The notes under the pieces are model-generated. The model was given only the letters and a program-made list of their open reading frames with translations. It ran no database searches and was not told where the DNA came from. A program made the position numbers and the translations under genes. DNA of 64,000 bases from Euprymna scolopes (lineage: Eukaryota): NCBI GenBank assembly GCA_053919585.1, contig CM132809.1, one strand, 5' to 3'. Shown here piece by piece: positions 37,354-51,381 of this stretch (its first letter is position 1; each line of letters begins with the position of its first letter).

Positions 37354-38898
37354 CACATGCGGCAAAAAGATAGTCCGCATTTTAAATTTTTTCAAAAACT
37401 GCAAATTTAAACTAAATTTAATGTAACTGTTTAAACAAACTGTACCTCATTTTAGTCGCCTTTTATTCTTCTATAATTTTACCTGTTCATACGCACAATG
37501 GAAATTTATTATTTAAATGTAACTGTAGGACATTAATGCAACACGAATACAATAGGAACACAATGAACTGGGTGATATTTAGTAGCATAGCCCTTCGGCA
37601 ATTTAACAACCTGCAATCTTTTGGGAATTCCTTGAATTAGACTGCGGCAATACTACGGGGAAAGAGCATCCCACGTTTCTTTAATTTTGTCCAAAGTTCT
37701 TCCAAATTTGAAAGTTTATCATTGCGTAGCTGTTGCTTGATTTAATGACATACGTTATCGATAGGATTGGGGTCTGGCGATTGTGCAGGCCAATCCAAAC
37801 ACGGAATATCATGCTCTTCCAGAAACTTCTTGACATTGCGCGCTGTGTGAACGGAAACATTATCCTGCATGAAGATGGGATTATCATCCAAATTCCGACC
37901 AAAGTAGGGTAGAAAATGCTCAGTCAACATATTAATGTACTTGGTCGAATTAATTCGACCTTGCAAGTGAACTATAGGCCCTGGGCCATTGGTACTACTA
38001 ATGCCCCACACCAAAACTGAACCTCTGTCACTTTCAGCCTTGAACCTGAGCACTTAGGATTAAATTCTTCGTCTTTCCTCCGACGGACGTACTGCCTACC
38101 ATCACTGCCTAGCCTATTGAACTTGCTTTCGTCGCTAAAAAGCACTTTTGACCAATATGAAGAGTCATGATCGTCATTGCATCTGACGAAGTCCAGACTG
38201 CGCTTTCTGTACTTTACAGAAATCATTGGCTTGCATCTTGCAATATATTCTCGCAAATTAAATTCCTTTAATATGTCTTGGCAGTAGAAAGAGAGCACTT
38301 TTTAACAAGATTGCACCGTTGTTGAATTTCAAATCTGTTTCTTAGGCTGCGGATGTTGATGGCATTATCTTCCCTATTAGAAGTAACTCTAGTACGACTA
38401 GATTTACGGGCATCACGAACACTGCCGGTGTTTTCATGCTTTTTCACAGTCTTTCGTACCGTTTTTTCATCACATTTCAATCTGCGGCCGGTTTCTCTAT
38501 TGGATAAACCAGAAAGGTGGCGATTTATGAGCTCCGGACGATCACTAAGAGAAAGTCGTAGAATATGAACTAAATGTTACGTTTGAACAACAGCAATTAC
38601 GATAAGAGATGCTTTGTTGCCTGTTGGTCGATGTTTTAAACTGATTTAGGGGCGATAATTTAAGCTGGTTTTACACGAATTTGTTGCTGCAGACTTTCTT
38701 TTTGCTTCCTCAATTTGAAGTTATTTTTTTAAATTGACGTGAACACTAAACTATTTTGATTAAAATCAAATATGAACATGTAAAATTATAGAGAAATAAA
38801 AAGCGAATCAAATGAGGTATAGTTTGTTTAAACAGTTTATCTTAAATTTACAGTTTTTGAAAAAATTACAAGTGCGGGCATTCTTGTTGCCGGCACTA
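37354..38898 (-). mobile_element. Full-length but frameshifted Tc1 (DD34E-type) transposon
   Basis: WSKVLFSDESKF, FMQDNVSVH, WPAQSPDPNPIDN across ORFs 38268-38480, 37972-38298 and 37742-38053; long imperfect TIRs; TA flanks. Confidence 0.92.
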
Positions 38899-39132
38899 TA
38901 TATGTATGTTTATTGAATAGGTATTGTTTCATAGATATTAAACCAAATGAAACTTCGATGTTTATAAATAGTTCTAAATAAAAGACAGAGCTGTATCATC
39001 AGTCTCAACTTGAAACCAGTTATGACTAGTAGCCTAATGACGTTGGATTTCGGGATTAATCACAGCTAAAACATTTGTGCGCCAAGTTAGACAACAATTG
39101 TATAAATATTGAAAATTATAAAATAATATATA

Positions 39133-39857
39133 TCTATAATATAAAGCTGAACGTCTGTGTGTGTGTCTGGTCACGAATAGGCTCCTATATGGTTGACATA
39201 TAATGATAGAAGATGTATCGAGACACAGGAATGTGTATGTTTGATCTGGCATAATGATGATTCATTAAAATTGTGGGGTCTGCGTACGCGCCTGATCCAC
39301 AAAGTATGTAAATAAAAAAATAAAAAAACGTTTACAAGTGTTTTTGATATAGATGTACATAAGAATACTTTGATAAGTATATTTGAACTTAAATAGGGAT
39401 GGTATAATAAAATTGTGGGGTCTGCGTTCGCGGCTGACCTCCATAGAATGGAAATAGGCACAACCTTTAATAAAGACTTTTCAGATCTATCTACCTAAAT
39501 ATACTTTGATAATTATGTTTCAGTTTCAAGAAATATGGTATAATAAAATTATGGGGTGTTCGTTCGCGCCTGACCTCTATAGAATGGAAATATGTCACAA
39601 AGTTTAACAAAGTTTAACAATAGATCGACAGAATATTGTGATAAGTGTTTCAGTGTGAACAGGTATGGTATAATAAATTATGGGGTTTATCTATTTTATT
39701 TTTACTTTCATCATATTTTGCTTTGGTTTTGATACCCCTAAATTCGAAGCTATCTCTTTACAACCCTTCCTTTTCATAACCTATCACACTTTCATAAATC
39801 AGAGTCCATTTTCTGTAGGCTGTTTTTGAACCCAGTCAACGACGCGTACTTTTGCTA

Positions 39858-39858
<1 letters not shown>
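39133..39858 (+). mobile_element. Complete non-autonomous Helitron
   Basis: A|TC start, (GT)n near 5' end, subterminal GC-rich motif, CTAG|T end. Confidence 0.9.
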
Positions 39859-39907
<49 letters not shown>

Positions 39908-40166
39908 AGAGAGATATAAAGACAGATATGAAGAGAGATATAAAGAGAGAGAGAGGAACAGAAAGAGGTGGAAAGGAAGACAGTTAGATAAATAGACAGA
40001 TAGATATATAGATAAATTTCTTTTCTTTCTGTTCTTCGTGGTATTTTTGGTAAAAGCGAACGAAACATTCCTTTAGTTTATAAGACACTTTTCCTTGTCA
40101 GTCTTGCTACGCAAAGTTTACAATATAAAATGATGCACCCAATTTACATAACATTCCGCTATTCAA

Positions 40167-40227
<61 letters not shown>

Positions 40228-40930
40228 GAAAAAGAAACCTAATCTTTTCAAACTTGACATACTTGTCTCTCTTTCACTGTAATAATTTTATTTTGCACAC
40301 TTCTATTCAAGGTCGCCCACTGCTCTGACCTGCAATATTCATCCTGGTTTCTTGTGCGTAAGAAAATATTACGTTTCAATCTCATATGTTACAACGAGTT
40401 TTTAAACAATATTTTTGAGTGGCTGTCAAACGTCCTTTCAGAATTTTTTACTCATGTCCTTCTCGTAAAACAATCACTCGTTTAGATATAACAACTGAAA
40501 ATGGTTTCCTATTTTGTCTCTGTTCGCAAATGTAAACGGAACTACTCTGATAAAAGTTTCTTTTCAATAACTGCTCACATAAAGAACACAATACCACGGT
40601 GTTGCTTCCGAACTAACTGCAAAATAGTCGTTTTAAAGCCCAATTTTAATACATATTTGCTTTGCCGTACTCCTAAATAATCAAACTGTCCCCAATCCGA
40701 ATTCTAGCTATAAGTACCGGAACAAACTCATGAATCTTAATCATTGGGTGCCTTTATGCCTTGACAAAATGTACATTTCTAATACATAAAAACAAAATCG
40801 GTTACTTTAGTTAGTGCACAAGAACATTTCAGAAACAACATTATATCCATATTTTTTAATTAATTTATTTTTTTAATTAATTAGTTAATTATTAACTTTT
40901 GTGTATAGTTTGTATTTTGAAAACATTTTT

Positions 40931-41823
40931 GGAGGTTTGTGTTACTGTACTGTATTCGGAAAAGCGGTCAAGGAACAAATATATTACAAATAAATGTTAT
41001 CAAAGGCAATATAAATAAATCTTCTGCTTATCTAGAAAAATATTTAGTGGCTTTACTTACTTTAAAACGTCTAATCGGTTCGAAAATCGTACAGTGTTAT
41101 TGATATATTTTAAAATAGAAAAATAGTGGCGAACTCTTAGTTTAACACAGTAAGTTTTGGAAAATGAGTTACAACTAAAAACCTATACAAAATACTGTTA
41201 GAAACTCACTCAATATATGTTACCGTGACATAGGTGGACATATATGCGGTGGGTTTCTAACAGTATTTTGTATAATTTTTTTTGTTTGAACTTATTTTCC
41301 CGAACTTACCGTATTCAACTCAGAGTTCGCCGCCATTTGTCTTTTTCAAATAAACCGGTAAACACTGTGTGTGTTTTCGAGCCGAATAAACAGTTTACAT
41401 TAAATAAAAACACTAAAAAATTATACATTTAGGTAGAAAAGTTACTTATCTTGCCTATGCTAACATTTATTTGTTATATATTCGTTTCTTGACAACTTTT
41501 TCGAGGTTGAGGTTGAGGTTGTTTTGTTTTACGGCATATCAACCCTTTTCAGGTTATTTAATGCCGAATCTGGCGATTTTGAAGAACGATTTTTTAATAT
41601 AGTATATTTGTTTTTAAAGTCGTATTCTATTTAACCCATAGTTTGGACCCTAACAGGTACTACCACTCCGGGTCAGAATGGGCCTGGGAGCAATGGCAAT
41701 TAAAGGGTGGCTCCACACTCCCCAAAGCCCGCAAGCTGGGGCCTCACCATCGGATAAAGTTTAAGGTCATATCCAGGACCCCACACAACTTTTTCGAATC
41801 CATGTGTTTAGTAATACAAACCC
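40931..41823. mobile_element. Foldback MITE (family of 46227-46828) interrupted by a SINE-like repeat at 41510-41782
   Basis: Long inverted arms around a central ACCGTGACATAGG motif shared with the 46227 copy. Confidence 0.75.
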
Positions 41824-42838
41824 TAATATTAAAAAAAAAATGTTCTTTTTTTATTATTCACCAACCTTGTTTTCGTATATTTATTTTCATACGAAAATAC
41901 GTGCATCTATAATATCCGGGTTCCAGCTCTGTTGGTGGCTATCTTTGTTTAAGCCGCCTTTGATTTCAACACATCAGATGAAAGATTTGTTTTCTCGGGA
42001 AACTGAATGCCCTATTGAAGCGCACGTGGTTATCATCAGTCTTACTTTTTTGTCCATTGTAATTTTACCATGCATTTAATAGTTAAACATACAGATTCAA
42101 AGGAAGTTATTTATCTCTTCCGCGGCGGAGAAATATGATGCAAGAGTGAGAAAACGGCATCGAACAGTATGAGTTAAGTAGAAAAAACAGCATGAGTGTT
42201 TTACGATTACCTATTTTTAGGATTTGTAAAATATTATTTCAAAAATACGTATCCACAAACACACATACAAACTCATGAGAAATATAATATGGGATATAGA
42301 AAACAAACAAACAAACAAACAAAAAACCCAGAAAATGTTACTCTACGATATTTAAACTTTGAATCAAATTATTGCATTTTGGTGTTATTTTCTTCGATAT
42401 CTTTCTAGTTTGAATTATTTCTAGAGAGATATCGAATACTTACAGGAAGGACCACGTTAAAGTGTATAAGATCCTGAGTGAAAGTGTATAATTGTAACGA
42501 ACTGGATTCGAATTTGGCACAACCAGGTTGTCAGTCTATCACTTACCACATATAAACATATCTCATAGTTTCATGGGCATGGATGGACATTTTTACTGTT
42601 AAAAAAAAAAAACATATTAAAATATATCACAAATCTATAGCGACTCACGAAATGAACACAAATTAAAAACAAACACACAAATGAAGCATGCATGGTCCCT
42701 CGTGAGTGCACAGTGAACGAGGCATAAAAAAATGACTAAGTTCAGTATTTTATCACCCCCCCATTTAACCCCCAAAGTCTCCAGGGAACGTCAAATCCTG
42801 GTGAAAATGAACAAACAGTGCAGTTTTAGTCCTTAACA

Positions 42839-43402
42839 TTTTTTTTTACAAGGTGGTCCCCACTTATCAAGGCCCGGAAGCCACTCAGGAATAAGGGTTA
42901 TTGCAGGTAGAATACGTTAGTGTGGAGATTTAATAAAGTGTCTACTTAAGGGGGCGGTTCATAAGGAATTTGTTGACGTTGGACTTGAAGACATCCAAGT
43001 TGTAGTCAGGAGGGAAACAGGCAGACGGAACAGAGTTCCAAAGGCGTGCAGTTCTAAGAAAGAAGCTTTGTTCATGGAATCTACGTTTTGATTTAGGCAC
43101 AGATAAAGAGTGGGGGAAATTACTGACAGTGGTTTTAGCTAGACGGGTGTTTCTTGTAAAAGATTGGCGAGGGGAGACCAGAGATTGGAGTTCAGACGAG
43201 CACCTGTCAGGGAAATAACGATAAAATAAAGATAGGCTTGCAACGTCTCTTCTGTGGGAGAGAGGTTGCAGGGAAGAGAAAAGTGCATCCCCCACTAAGC
43301 TACGAAGTCTATTTTGTACTCTGTCAAGGCAGGATAGGCTATTTTTAGCAGCTCCTGCCCAGATATGGCAGCAATATTCCATCCTTGGACGTACTTGGCT
43401 GT
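42839..43402 (-). mobile_element. CR1/L2-group LINE 3' fragment with open C-terminal frame
   Basis: ORF 42942-43436 RPRMEYCCHIWAGA...RTARLWNSVP; A-tail. Confidence 0.9.
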
Positions 43403-44226
43403 ATGTATATGTAAATTTGAGTTCTGCACCATGCAAAAATTACTAAGTCCATCATCCCCCCCCCATTTAGACCTTACATCTCCAAGGCCTAAACATATTT
43501 AAATTTGAGTTCAGGACCAGGAAAAACTGCTAAATAGATATACACAGAAAATTTTGAACAAATATGGTAAAATAGTCCCAAAAGTGAAGTTTGTTTTTTA
43601 TTAGCGCTAAAAGAGCCCCTGGGGCACACCCAAGAGTTATCGCGGAGTGTAGACAAACAAAATTATATAGAAATCAGTTAATTACAATTTTTCAGAAAGT
43701 TTTATAAAAATCTAAGACCATTTTTTTTTTTAATAAGAACAAAAGTGTCACTTTTAGCCATTTTAATCCGAAAGGCACCCCTAGTGGGGGGAGGGGGCTG
43801 GAGTTTTCCCGGAAAATCCGTCCTGTTACTTTTTCACTGATATCATATTTAATATTTGTGCAAAATTTATAAAAATTCGAAGACGTTGTTATTAAGAAAA
43901 GTGTGGACAGACGAATGGACGAACGGACAAGGGTGAATTTAAAGGTCTATCCTCCTTTTGTCTGGAGACCAAAAATAGAATTCAACAACTATCTGCTAAT
44001 TCGCTCAAGTGTCTCTTTTGGGTAAAGTATTGATTTTATAAGAAAAGACTATATTACTTTATGGGAGCTAATCGCAAACAAGTATTCTAACTAACTTAGA
44101 CTGGGAGGACTGACGGGAGAACAAATCAACAAGATTATCACTGAGAATACTGTGACCTTGTATAGGCTTATTGCTACTCAAGTTAAAAAAAAAACGATAG
44201 ATCGATAGTAAACAGCAGTTCGGATT

Positions 44227-45103
44227 GTAACAGATCGCGGATGTGTGCATAGCGCTTATATGCAAATACCGAGCCGTGTGCAAAATGACATCACGGTAAG
44301 GAAAAAGAAACAAGACCATAAAAAGAAAAGAGAACATGATCACGTTAGAGACGTGGATGACTTAACAGCCGTAACGAAAAGTCACGCGTGACGGGAGAAT
44401 GAGAAATTAAGGTGTTTTCAAGTTTAAATTCATTCCTCTTTCCTAATCTTTATCTCCTTTGCAACTGTTCCCATATCTGGGCAGGAGCTGCTAGAAAGGA
44501 CTTGTCCTGCCTTGATAGAATTCAAAATAGACTTCGTAGCCTCGTAGGAGATGTCCTTTTCTCTTCCCTGAAACCTCTATCTCACAGAAGAGATGTTGCG
44601 TGTTGGTGTCTGATGTATCCTTATTTTCATGGAAAGTATTCGACTGAGTTTCAGTCTATGGTCCCCTCTCGCCAAACTTTCACAAGAAACACTCGTCTAG
44701 CTGAAAACACTATCAATAATTCCCCCTACTCTTTATCTGTGCCTAAAACTAAACGTAGATTCCATGAACAAAGCTTCTTTCTTAGAACTGCACGCCTGTG
44801 GAATTGGCTTCCGTTTTCCTGCTTTCCGGCTGACTACAAGATAGTTGTCTTCAAGTTTAACGTAAATAAGTTCTTGATGAGCCGTTCCATATAAGTTAAC
44901 AAATTTACCGAATTTTCATTAATAATGACTACTATATTTTCCAATTTTCTACTGTACACTCTTTAACCCTTACCCTCAAGTGGCCTCTTGGCCTTGATAA
45001 TGTGGTGATTCCTGTGTAAAAAAAACCCCCAAAACTTTGTCTGCAACGTGTGGGTCCTAGCTTCTGTATGTTAGCGCGTATAGGAAACGTGTGTAACGTT
45101 ACA
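44227..45103 (+). mobile_element. Solo LTR interrupted by a LINE 3' fragment (44428-45025)
   Basis: TGTAAC...GTTACA termini, no clear TSD; ORF 44412-44894 is the LINE C-terminus. Confidence 0.7.
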
Positions 45104-45344
45104 CAATAAGAAAAGATGATTTGTAACGCTTAGCGAAAGAGGCAGGAAGTTTCGCAACAGATGAGCACAGGCTGTTACTGAGAAATCAGAGATTACCATT
45201 TGTTATTACTAGTAGTGGGACGATTAATCGCTATTGGAATCGGAAAACGGAAAAATCGGAACCTTTGGGGGTTTAGGAATTCGAATAAAAAAAAAAAAAC
45301 TAATTTCTAATTACAAAACAAATCTCTTAATTTGTTTTTATATA

Positions 45345-46214
45345 CAGGGTGGAATAATAAATTTGTCGCTCTAAACAAAAACAAAAAAACACTACAGCTT
45401 TATTTTAGACATTTGTTGAAAAAATCCACTCAAGTAACTTGATTATGTATTAGAGTTGATATCTATTTAATGTAACCGCCTTCAGCCTCAATCATCTCCT
45501 CGATACAGGCTCGGAACTTGGAGCATGTCTTTTCCAGAAGCGCCAGGGAGGGGGCTCGGCGAATACTCGGCGGATGGCGGCGATCAGGCTGGCTTTGGTG
45601 TTGTGGGAGGTCATGTTTGTGATGTTCTCAACATATGACCAAACAAGGTAGTCCAGCGGGTGCAGATCGCGTGAGGAGGGAGGAGCCAGTTAAGACAAAT
45701 GGTACAAAGTCATAGTACTCCTTCTGAAAACAAGCCTGGGTCTCTTTGGACTTGTGGACTGGTGTCGAGTTCTTATGCCACATCCAGAGTCTGCCAGCAG
45801 CCACTTGATTGCAACCAGAAGATCACCACTCTTCAGCACATCTAAGTACACTTTGGTGTTGACTTCAAAGCCGACTTCGAAAATATGAGATGGCATGATG
45901 TGGTCACACCAAAGACCATAACCGTCGCGAGAAACTTTATTTTCATCACCCTGGACACGTCTCTGTAATTCATGGCAGTCCAGCGATGTATTTTAAGAGG
46001 GCTGGCAATGGTCCTGCTGTCATAACTTGGATCAGTAGAGAGAATGAGTTTTACAGCGGCGCATCTCCGATCTCGCTCGATGAACACTGTGTCACTTTTA
46101 GACATGATAGTAGGCTCCTATCGCTCTCGACTTCGTACGCAACTAAAAGAACTACTAGATAGTCTGCAACAAAAGAGAAAACCGGTTTTCATCAAAGTGA
46201 TCGTTTCAACCCTT
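45345..46214 (-). mobile_element. Degraded DD37D/maT-like transposon
   Basis: PPSSRDLHPLDYLVWSYVE...IEAEGGYIK and VMVFGV remnants; CAGGGT-type ends. Confidence 0.75.
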
Positions 46215-46226
46215 AAAACTTAATTT

Positions 46227-46828
46227 GGGTTTCTATTACTGTACACATAGATTCGAAAAAGTTGTCAAAAAACAAATATAGAACAAATAAATGTTATCAA
46301 AGGCAAGATAAGTTACTTTTCTACCAAACTGGATATATTTTTTGTGTTTTTATTCAGTGTAACATGTCTATTCAGCTCGAAAAACATACAGTGTTTACCG
46401 ATGTATTCGAAAATTCAAGATGGCGTCTCACATTCTCTTTAACACCGTAAGTATGGAAAAAGGTGTTATAAATAAAAAAACTATACAAAATACTATTAAA
46501 AACCCGCCGAATACATGTCAACCTATGTCACGGTAACACATATTGACCGAGTTTTTAACAGTATTTTATCCGTTTTTTTATTTATAACATCTTTTCCCAC
46601 ACTTACCGTGTTAAAGAGAGAGAATAAGACGCCATCTTGAATGTTCCAATACATCAGTAAACACTGTAGGGTTTTCGAGCTGAATAAACATGTTACATTG
46701 GATAAAAACACGAAAAATATATTCAGTTTGGTAGAAAAGTAACTTATCTTGCCTTTGATAACATTTATTTGTTCTATATTTGTTTTTTGACAACTTTTTC
46801 GAATCTATGTGCACAGTAATACAAACCC
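46227..46828. mobile_element. 602-bp foldback MITE (MULE- or Merlin-like ends)
   Basis: ~280-bp inverted arms starting GGGTTT; perfect 8-bp TSD CTTAATTT. Confidence 0.88.
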
Positions 46829-46917
46829 CTTAATTTTTGCATTGCTGGACTAATGATAAAATGAAAATATTTAATTAAAACTACTAGTAAATAAATTTTA
46901 AAAATGGACGTCCTTAT

Positions 46918-47098
46918 TAGAGCTGTGACAACAGACTATTCTTTTCATTGTTTTGACTCTTGAGTAGATATCCGTTAATATCTTATATGTTTTTATATAG
47001 ACGGATATGGTTCTTGGTTGGGAAAATGTGTCTAACTGTGTCGGATATCTACTCGAGATTCAAAATAATGAAAAGAATACGCTGTTGTCACATCCCTA
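46918..47098. mobile_element. hAT-type MITE (family of 6224-6399; third copy near 48810-48963)
   Basis: Direct homology and TIRs. Confidence 0.75.
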
Positions 47099-47255
47099 AT
47101 CATAATAATGAATTAATGTAAAAATGCAATCGGACAAAATAGACCGTTAAATTTTACTAAGAACGAATATATAAGATATAATTACACAAGTAAAAAATAT
47201 GAATGGCTATTCCACATTAACTATTTTTTAAAATCTTGAATACAATATATAAATG

Positions 47256-47637
47256 TGTGATGTTGTCATTACGTTTTAACACAAACTCACGCCTTGCATA
47301 CAGAGAGAGTCGCAAAGGAACAAAAAAGGGGGAAAATTAAACTCAGCTTTTTTAGTTCAAATAAAAGGCATTTATTTAAAGTACTTTCCAAACTAATGCA
47401 TTACATCTTGTTTTAAAAGCCTCTTAGTTCGCAATGTAACATATAAAACACTGCCGTCTCGACACGTCATTTCCAGTTCTTCACGCCGCCACATGGCCAC
47501 ACCTCTATCTCATGCTGCCCGAGCCTTTTTCTTTTGGCCCTCGCCACGTGGCGCCTTTTTTCTCTCCATTTTTTTTTCTCCCTCTTCGCGGTGACATCAC
47601 CTCTTCATTTGCTTTGTCATTTGCATAGTGTCGTACA
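47256..47637 (-). mobile_element. Possible solo LTR
   Basis: TG...CA on minus strand, ATGCAAAT near the start and AATAAA internally. Confidence 0.4.
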
Positions 47638-47942
47638 GCCACTGCTGCTCACTACGTGTCAGCGAGTCCGTTATAAATAGAAACTATTCTCAACTTAAAA
47701 GAAGATTATATGTACATTTAAAAGTTAGTGAGAAATCCCTATTAAATCATCCCGAATCAAATGCTACCTATCAAAGTGATTAGACGATTTTAGAATCAGG
47801 ATTAGTATTGGTAATTGTATCGGGATCGGGAATTTATAACAGAATCAGTAATTGTATTAGGTGGGGAAAATATTGGAATTTTCCCAACACTAATTACGAA
47901 TGAGCAATCAGAGTTAATGGTAGATGCGAGAGAGATCTTAGT

Positions 47943-47980
<38 letters not shown>

Positions 47981-48444
47981 ACAATAATAATAATAATAGA
48001 GAAAAGAAGAAGAAGAAGAAGAAAACAAACATCGTTTATTTCGGAATCACGATTTGCAGAACCCGGGACATGTATTTGTTTTAAGTAGCGCAGTTATTTT
48101 TATCTGAAAATGAAACAAGTTCCTGATATCCACTGGAAATTTGGAATACCGGACTTTGAGATTTCGAAGAGTTTTCCGAGTGTATTTTCCGAGGTTTTAC
48201 ATTTATTTCGTAAAATCCTGTTATATCTTTGCTTTCGCTATCAACGCCCACCATTTCACGCGCACGAATAAAAAAACTGGAACTTATAAATCAACAAGAA
48301 CGGATCCATTCTTGAGATGCGTCCATTCAGTCTATGGTTCCGACGGACAAAACCTCTGATAAGTATACGTGGACGCATCTAAACAACAAAATTGTTAAAA
48401 AAAAAAAAACACGACTCGCTTGATTTGCTTTCATACAAATTTGA

Positions 48445-48660
48445 ATAATGTTACAATTAAAGCATAATATAATCCCCAACGTCTTATAATGCTACAATTA
48501 AAACTTATAATGTTACAATGAAAACTTATAATGTTACAATTAAAACGTCTTATAAGGTTACAATGAAAACTTATAATGTTACAATTAAAACGTCTTATAA
48601 TGTTACAAGTAAAACTTATAATGTTACAATTAAAACGTCTTATAATCTTACAATTAAAAC
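48445..48660. repeat. AT-rich minisatellite, 21/24-bp units (TTATAATGTTACAATTAAAAC[GTC])
   Basis: Tandem repetition. Confidence 0.9.
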
Positions 48661-49368
48661 GATTAAAAATCAAACATTTGTGAATAAAGTCAACTCATTT
48701 TACTTTTTTAATTTGCAATAAAATATACAATCACCTCGCTCGGCGTAGCTCCGTAGTAAAATACGCTTAAATTTGATATTTTAATTTATACAGATTTCGC
48801 ATTTATTATTAGTGTTATGACAACATATATATGAATATATTTCCGACACAGACACAGTTAATAAATTGAGAACCACATCACTATATAAACGTATATAAGA
48901 TATCAACAGATACACACTCGAGAGTCAAAACAGCGAAAAGAATATGCTGTTGTCCTAGCCCTATTTATAGAGCCAATTCTCTGTTGATTATTTATTGTAC
49001 CCAATATATACTAATGATTTCAAAATTTACAAAATATCACTTGGGTGCTATAAGCGAGAATCGAAACCAAAACATTTAGCTCTCAAGACCTATTCAGTAA
49101 TATATAACCTAAGGACAGATCGATATCAAAACTTTAAAACACAGTTGAACATATGACTATTTATTTGCGCATGCGTAGAGGAACACTTTAAATGGACTTG
49201 CATCTGCCAAGTTCAATTTCCTTTTCAAATTTGATCTCTTAACCGTTATTTTTACTAGCCACAGACTAAACCGAATTTTATTCCACAGGTTCGAATATCC
49301 TATATATCAATTTTCCAGTCTGTAGACCGTAAATTAACAGAGTAGTCTGCACACACATAGACAAGGTC

Positions 49369-49436
<68 letters not shown>

Positions 49437-50102
49437 CCTTTCTAGGTGTGTGTTCTTTACGAAACTTCCCTGTTAATTTAAAGTCTACAGACTTGAAAAT
49501 TGATATATATGTTATTCGAACCTGTGTAACAAATTCGGTTTGGTCTGTGCCCGGTAAAAATAGAGATTAAGTGATCAAATTTGAAAAAAAAGAAATTTAA
49601 TTTGGCAGGTGGAAGTTGATTTAAAGTGTTCTTCTGCTCATGCGCAAATAAATATTCATATCTAAGCAACCAAATTAGGAACAAAGAATCCCTTGATTTG
49701 ATTTTATTCAAATTTGAACAATCTTACTATAAAGATGATTAAAAACCCAAATATTTGTGAATAAAGTGATATAGATACTCAGAGTAATGGAGACCAACAT
49801 CCAAATCTCTCAGTCACGACGGATTGTCGCCCATACGTTAGTTTCGTATTCAAGTTTTTTTTTTTTTGTTATTCTTTGTCGGATCCACTGTCTATATAAA
49901 TAATCTTAAAAAAGTACACTTGCACTTCTTTATTCGGACTTATATTCTTCCACGCGAATTGTAATTCGAAATACTTTTAAGTGGGTCACTCAATAGTATA
50001 CAAACTGACATATAAATATCAAAGACGGCTAAAGTAATCTAATGGCTATAGCATCATGATCTGCATATGTAAGCTTAAGTGATCGACTTATTTCAATTTA
50101 GA

Positions 50103-50362
50103 TGGTTGGTTGGTTTTGTTTTACGGCATATCAAGCCTTTTCGGGTTATTTAATGGCGAATCCAAAGATTTTGAAGAAAATTTTTTAATAGAATATATTT
50201 GTTGTTTTCTATTTAGCCCATAGTTGGGACTCTAACAGGAACTACCATTCCGAATCAGAGTGAACCTGGGAGCAATGGTAATTAAAGGGTGGCTCCACAC
50301 TCCCCAAAGCCCGCAAGCTGGGGTCTCACCGCTGGATATAGTTTAAGGTCACATTAGGGACC
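50103..50362 (+). repeat. Interspersed SINE-like repeat (same family as 17098-17325)
   Basis: Direct homology. Confidence 0.8.
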
Positions 50363-50411
50363 GAGTTCTTAAAGGGTCTGACATAATTATTATTATAATT
50401 ACTTATATTCC

Positions 50412-50455
50412 CTACAGACACTAGTGTTTAATCCTTTCGTGAATCATCAGTGTAC
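50412..50455 (-). ncRNA. Hammerhead motif, mutated copy of 33663-33706
   Basis: TACA-CTGATGA-ttca-cgaaa-ggat-TAAA-CACTAGTG-TC-TGTA; GAAA changed to TAAA. Confidence 0.7.
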
Positions 50456-50457
50456 CG

Positions 50458-50506
<49 letters not shown>

Positions 50507-50507
<1 letters not shown>

Positions 50508-51225
50508 TAGCAAAAGTACCCATCGTTGACTGGGTTCAAAAACAGCCGACAGAAAATGGACTCTGATTTATGAAAGTATGATAGGTTATGAAAAGGAAGG
50601 GTTGTAAAGAGATAGCTTCGAATTTGGGGGTATAAAAACCAAAGCAAAATATGATTAAAGTAAAAATAAAATAGATAAACCCCATAATTTACTATACCAT
50701 ACCTGTTCACACTGAAACACTTATCACAATATTCTGTGGATCTATATTAAAAACCTTGTTAAACTTTGTGACATCTTTCCATTCTATGGAGGTCAGGTGC
50801 GAACGAACACCCCATAATTTTATTATACCATATTTCTTGAAACTGAAACATAATTATCAAAGTATACTTACGCAGATAGATACGAAAAGTCTTTATTAAA
50901 GCGTGTGCCTATTTCCATTCCATGGAGGCCAGCCGCGAACGCAGACCCCACGATTTTATTATACCATCCCTATTTAAGTTAAAACATACTTATCAAATTA
51001 TTCTTATGTACATCTATATCAAGAACACTTGTAAACATTTTTTTTTAATTTGTAAATATTTAATTTCCATACTTTGTGGACCAGGCGCGTATGCAGACCC
51101 CGCAATTTTAATGAATCATCATTATGCCAGATCAAGCATACCCATTCCTGTGTCTCGATACAACTTCTATCGTTATATGTGATCAGTTTTCTATAGTCAA
51201 CCATATAGGAGCCTATTCGTGACCA
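50507..51225 (-). mobile_element. Non-autonomous Helitron, 5' end in assembly gap
   Basis: Homologous to 39133-39858. Confidence 0.88.
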
Positions 51226-51381
51226 NNNNNNNNNNNNNNNNNNNNNNNNNNNNNNNNNNNNNNNNNNNNNNNNNNNNNNNNNNNNNNNNNNNNNNNNNNN
51301 NNNNNNNNNNNNNNNNNNNNNNNNNNNNNNNNNNNNNNNNNNNNNNNNNNNNNNNNNNNNNNNNNNNNNNNNNNNNNNNNN

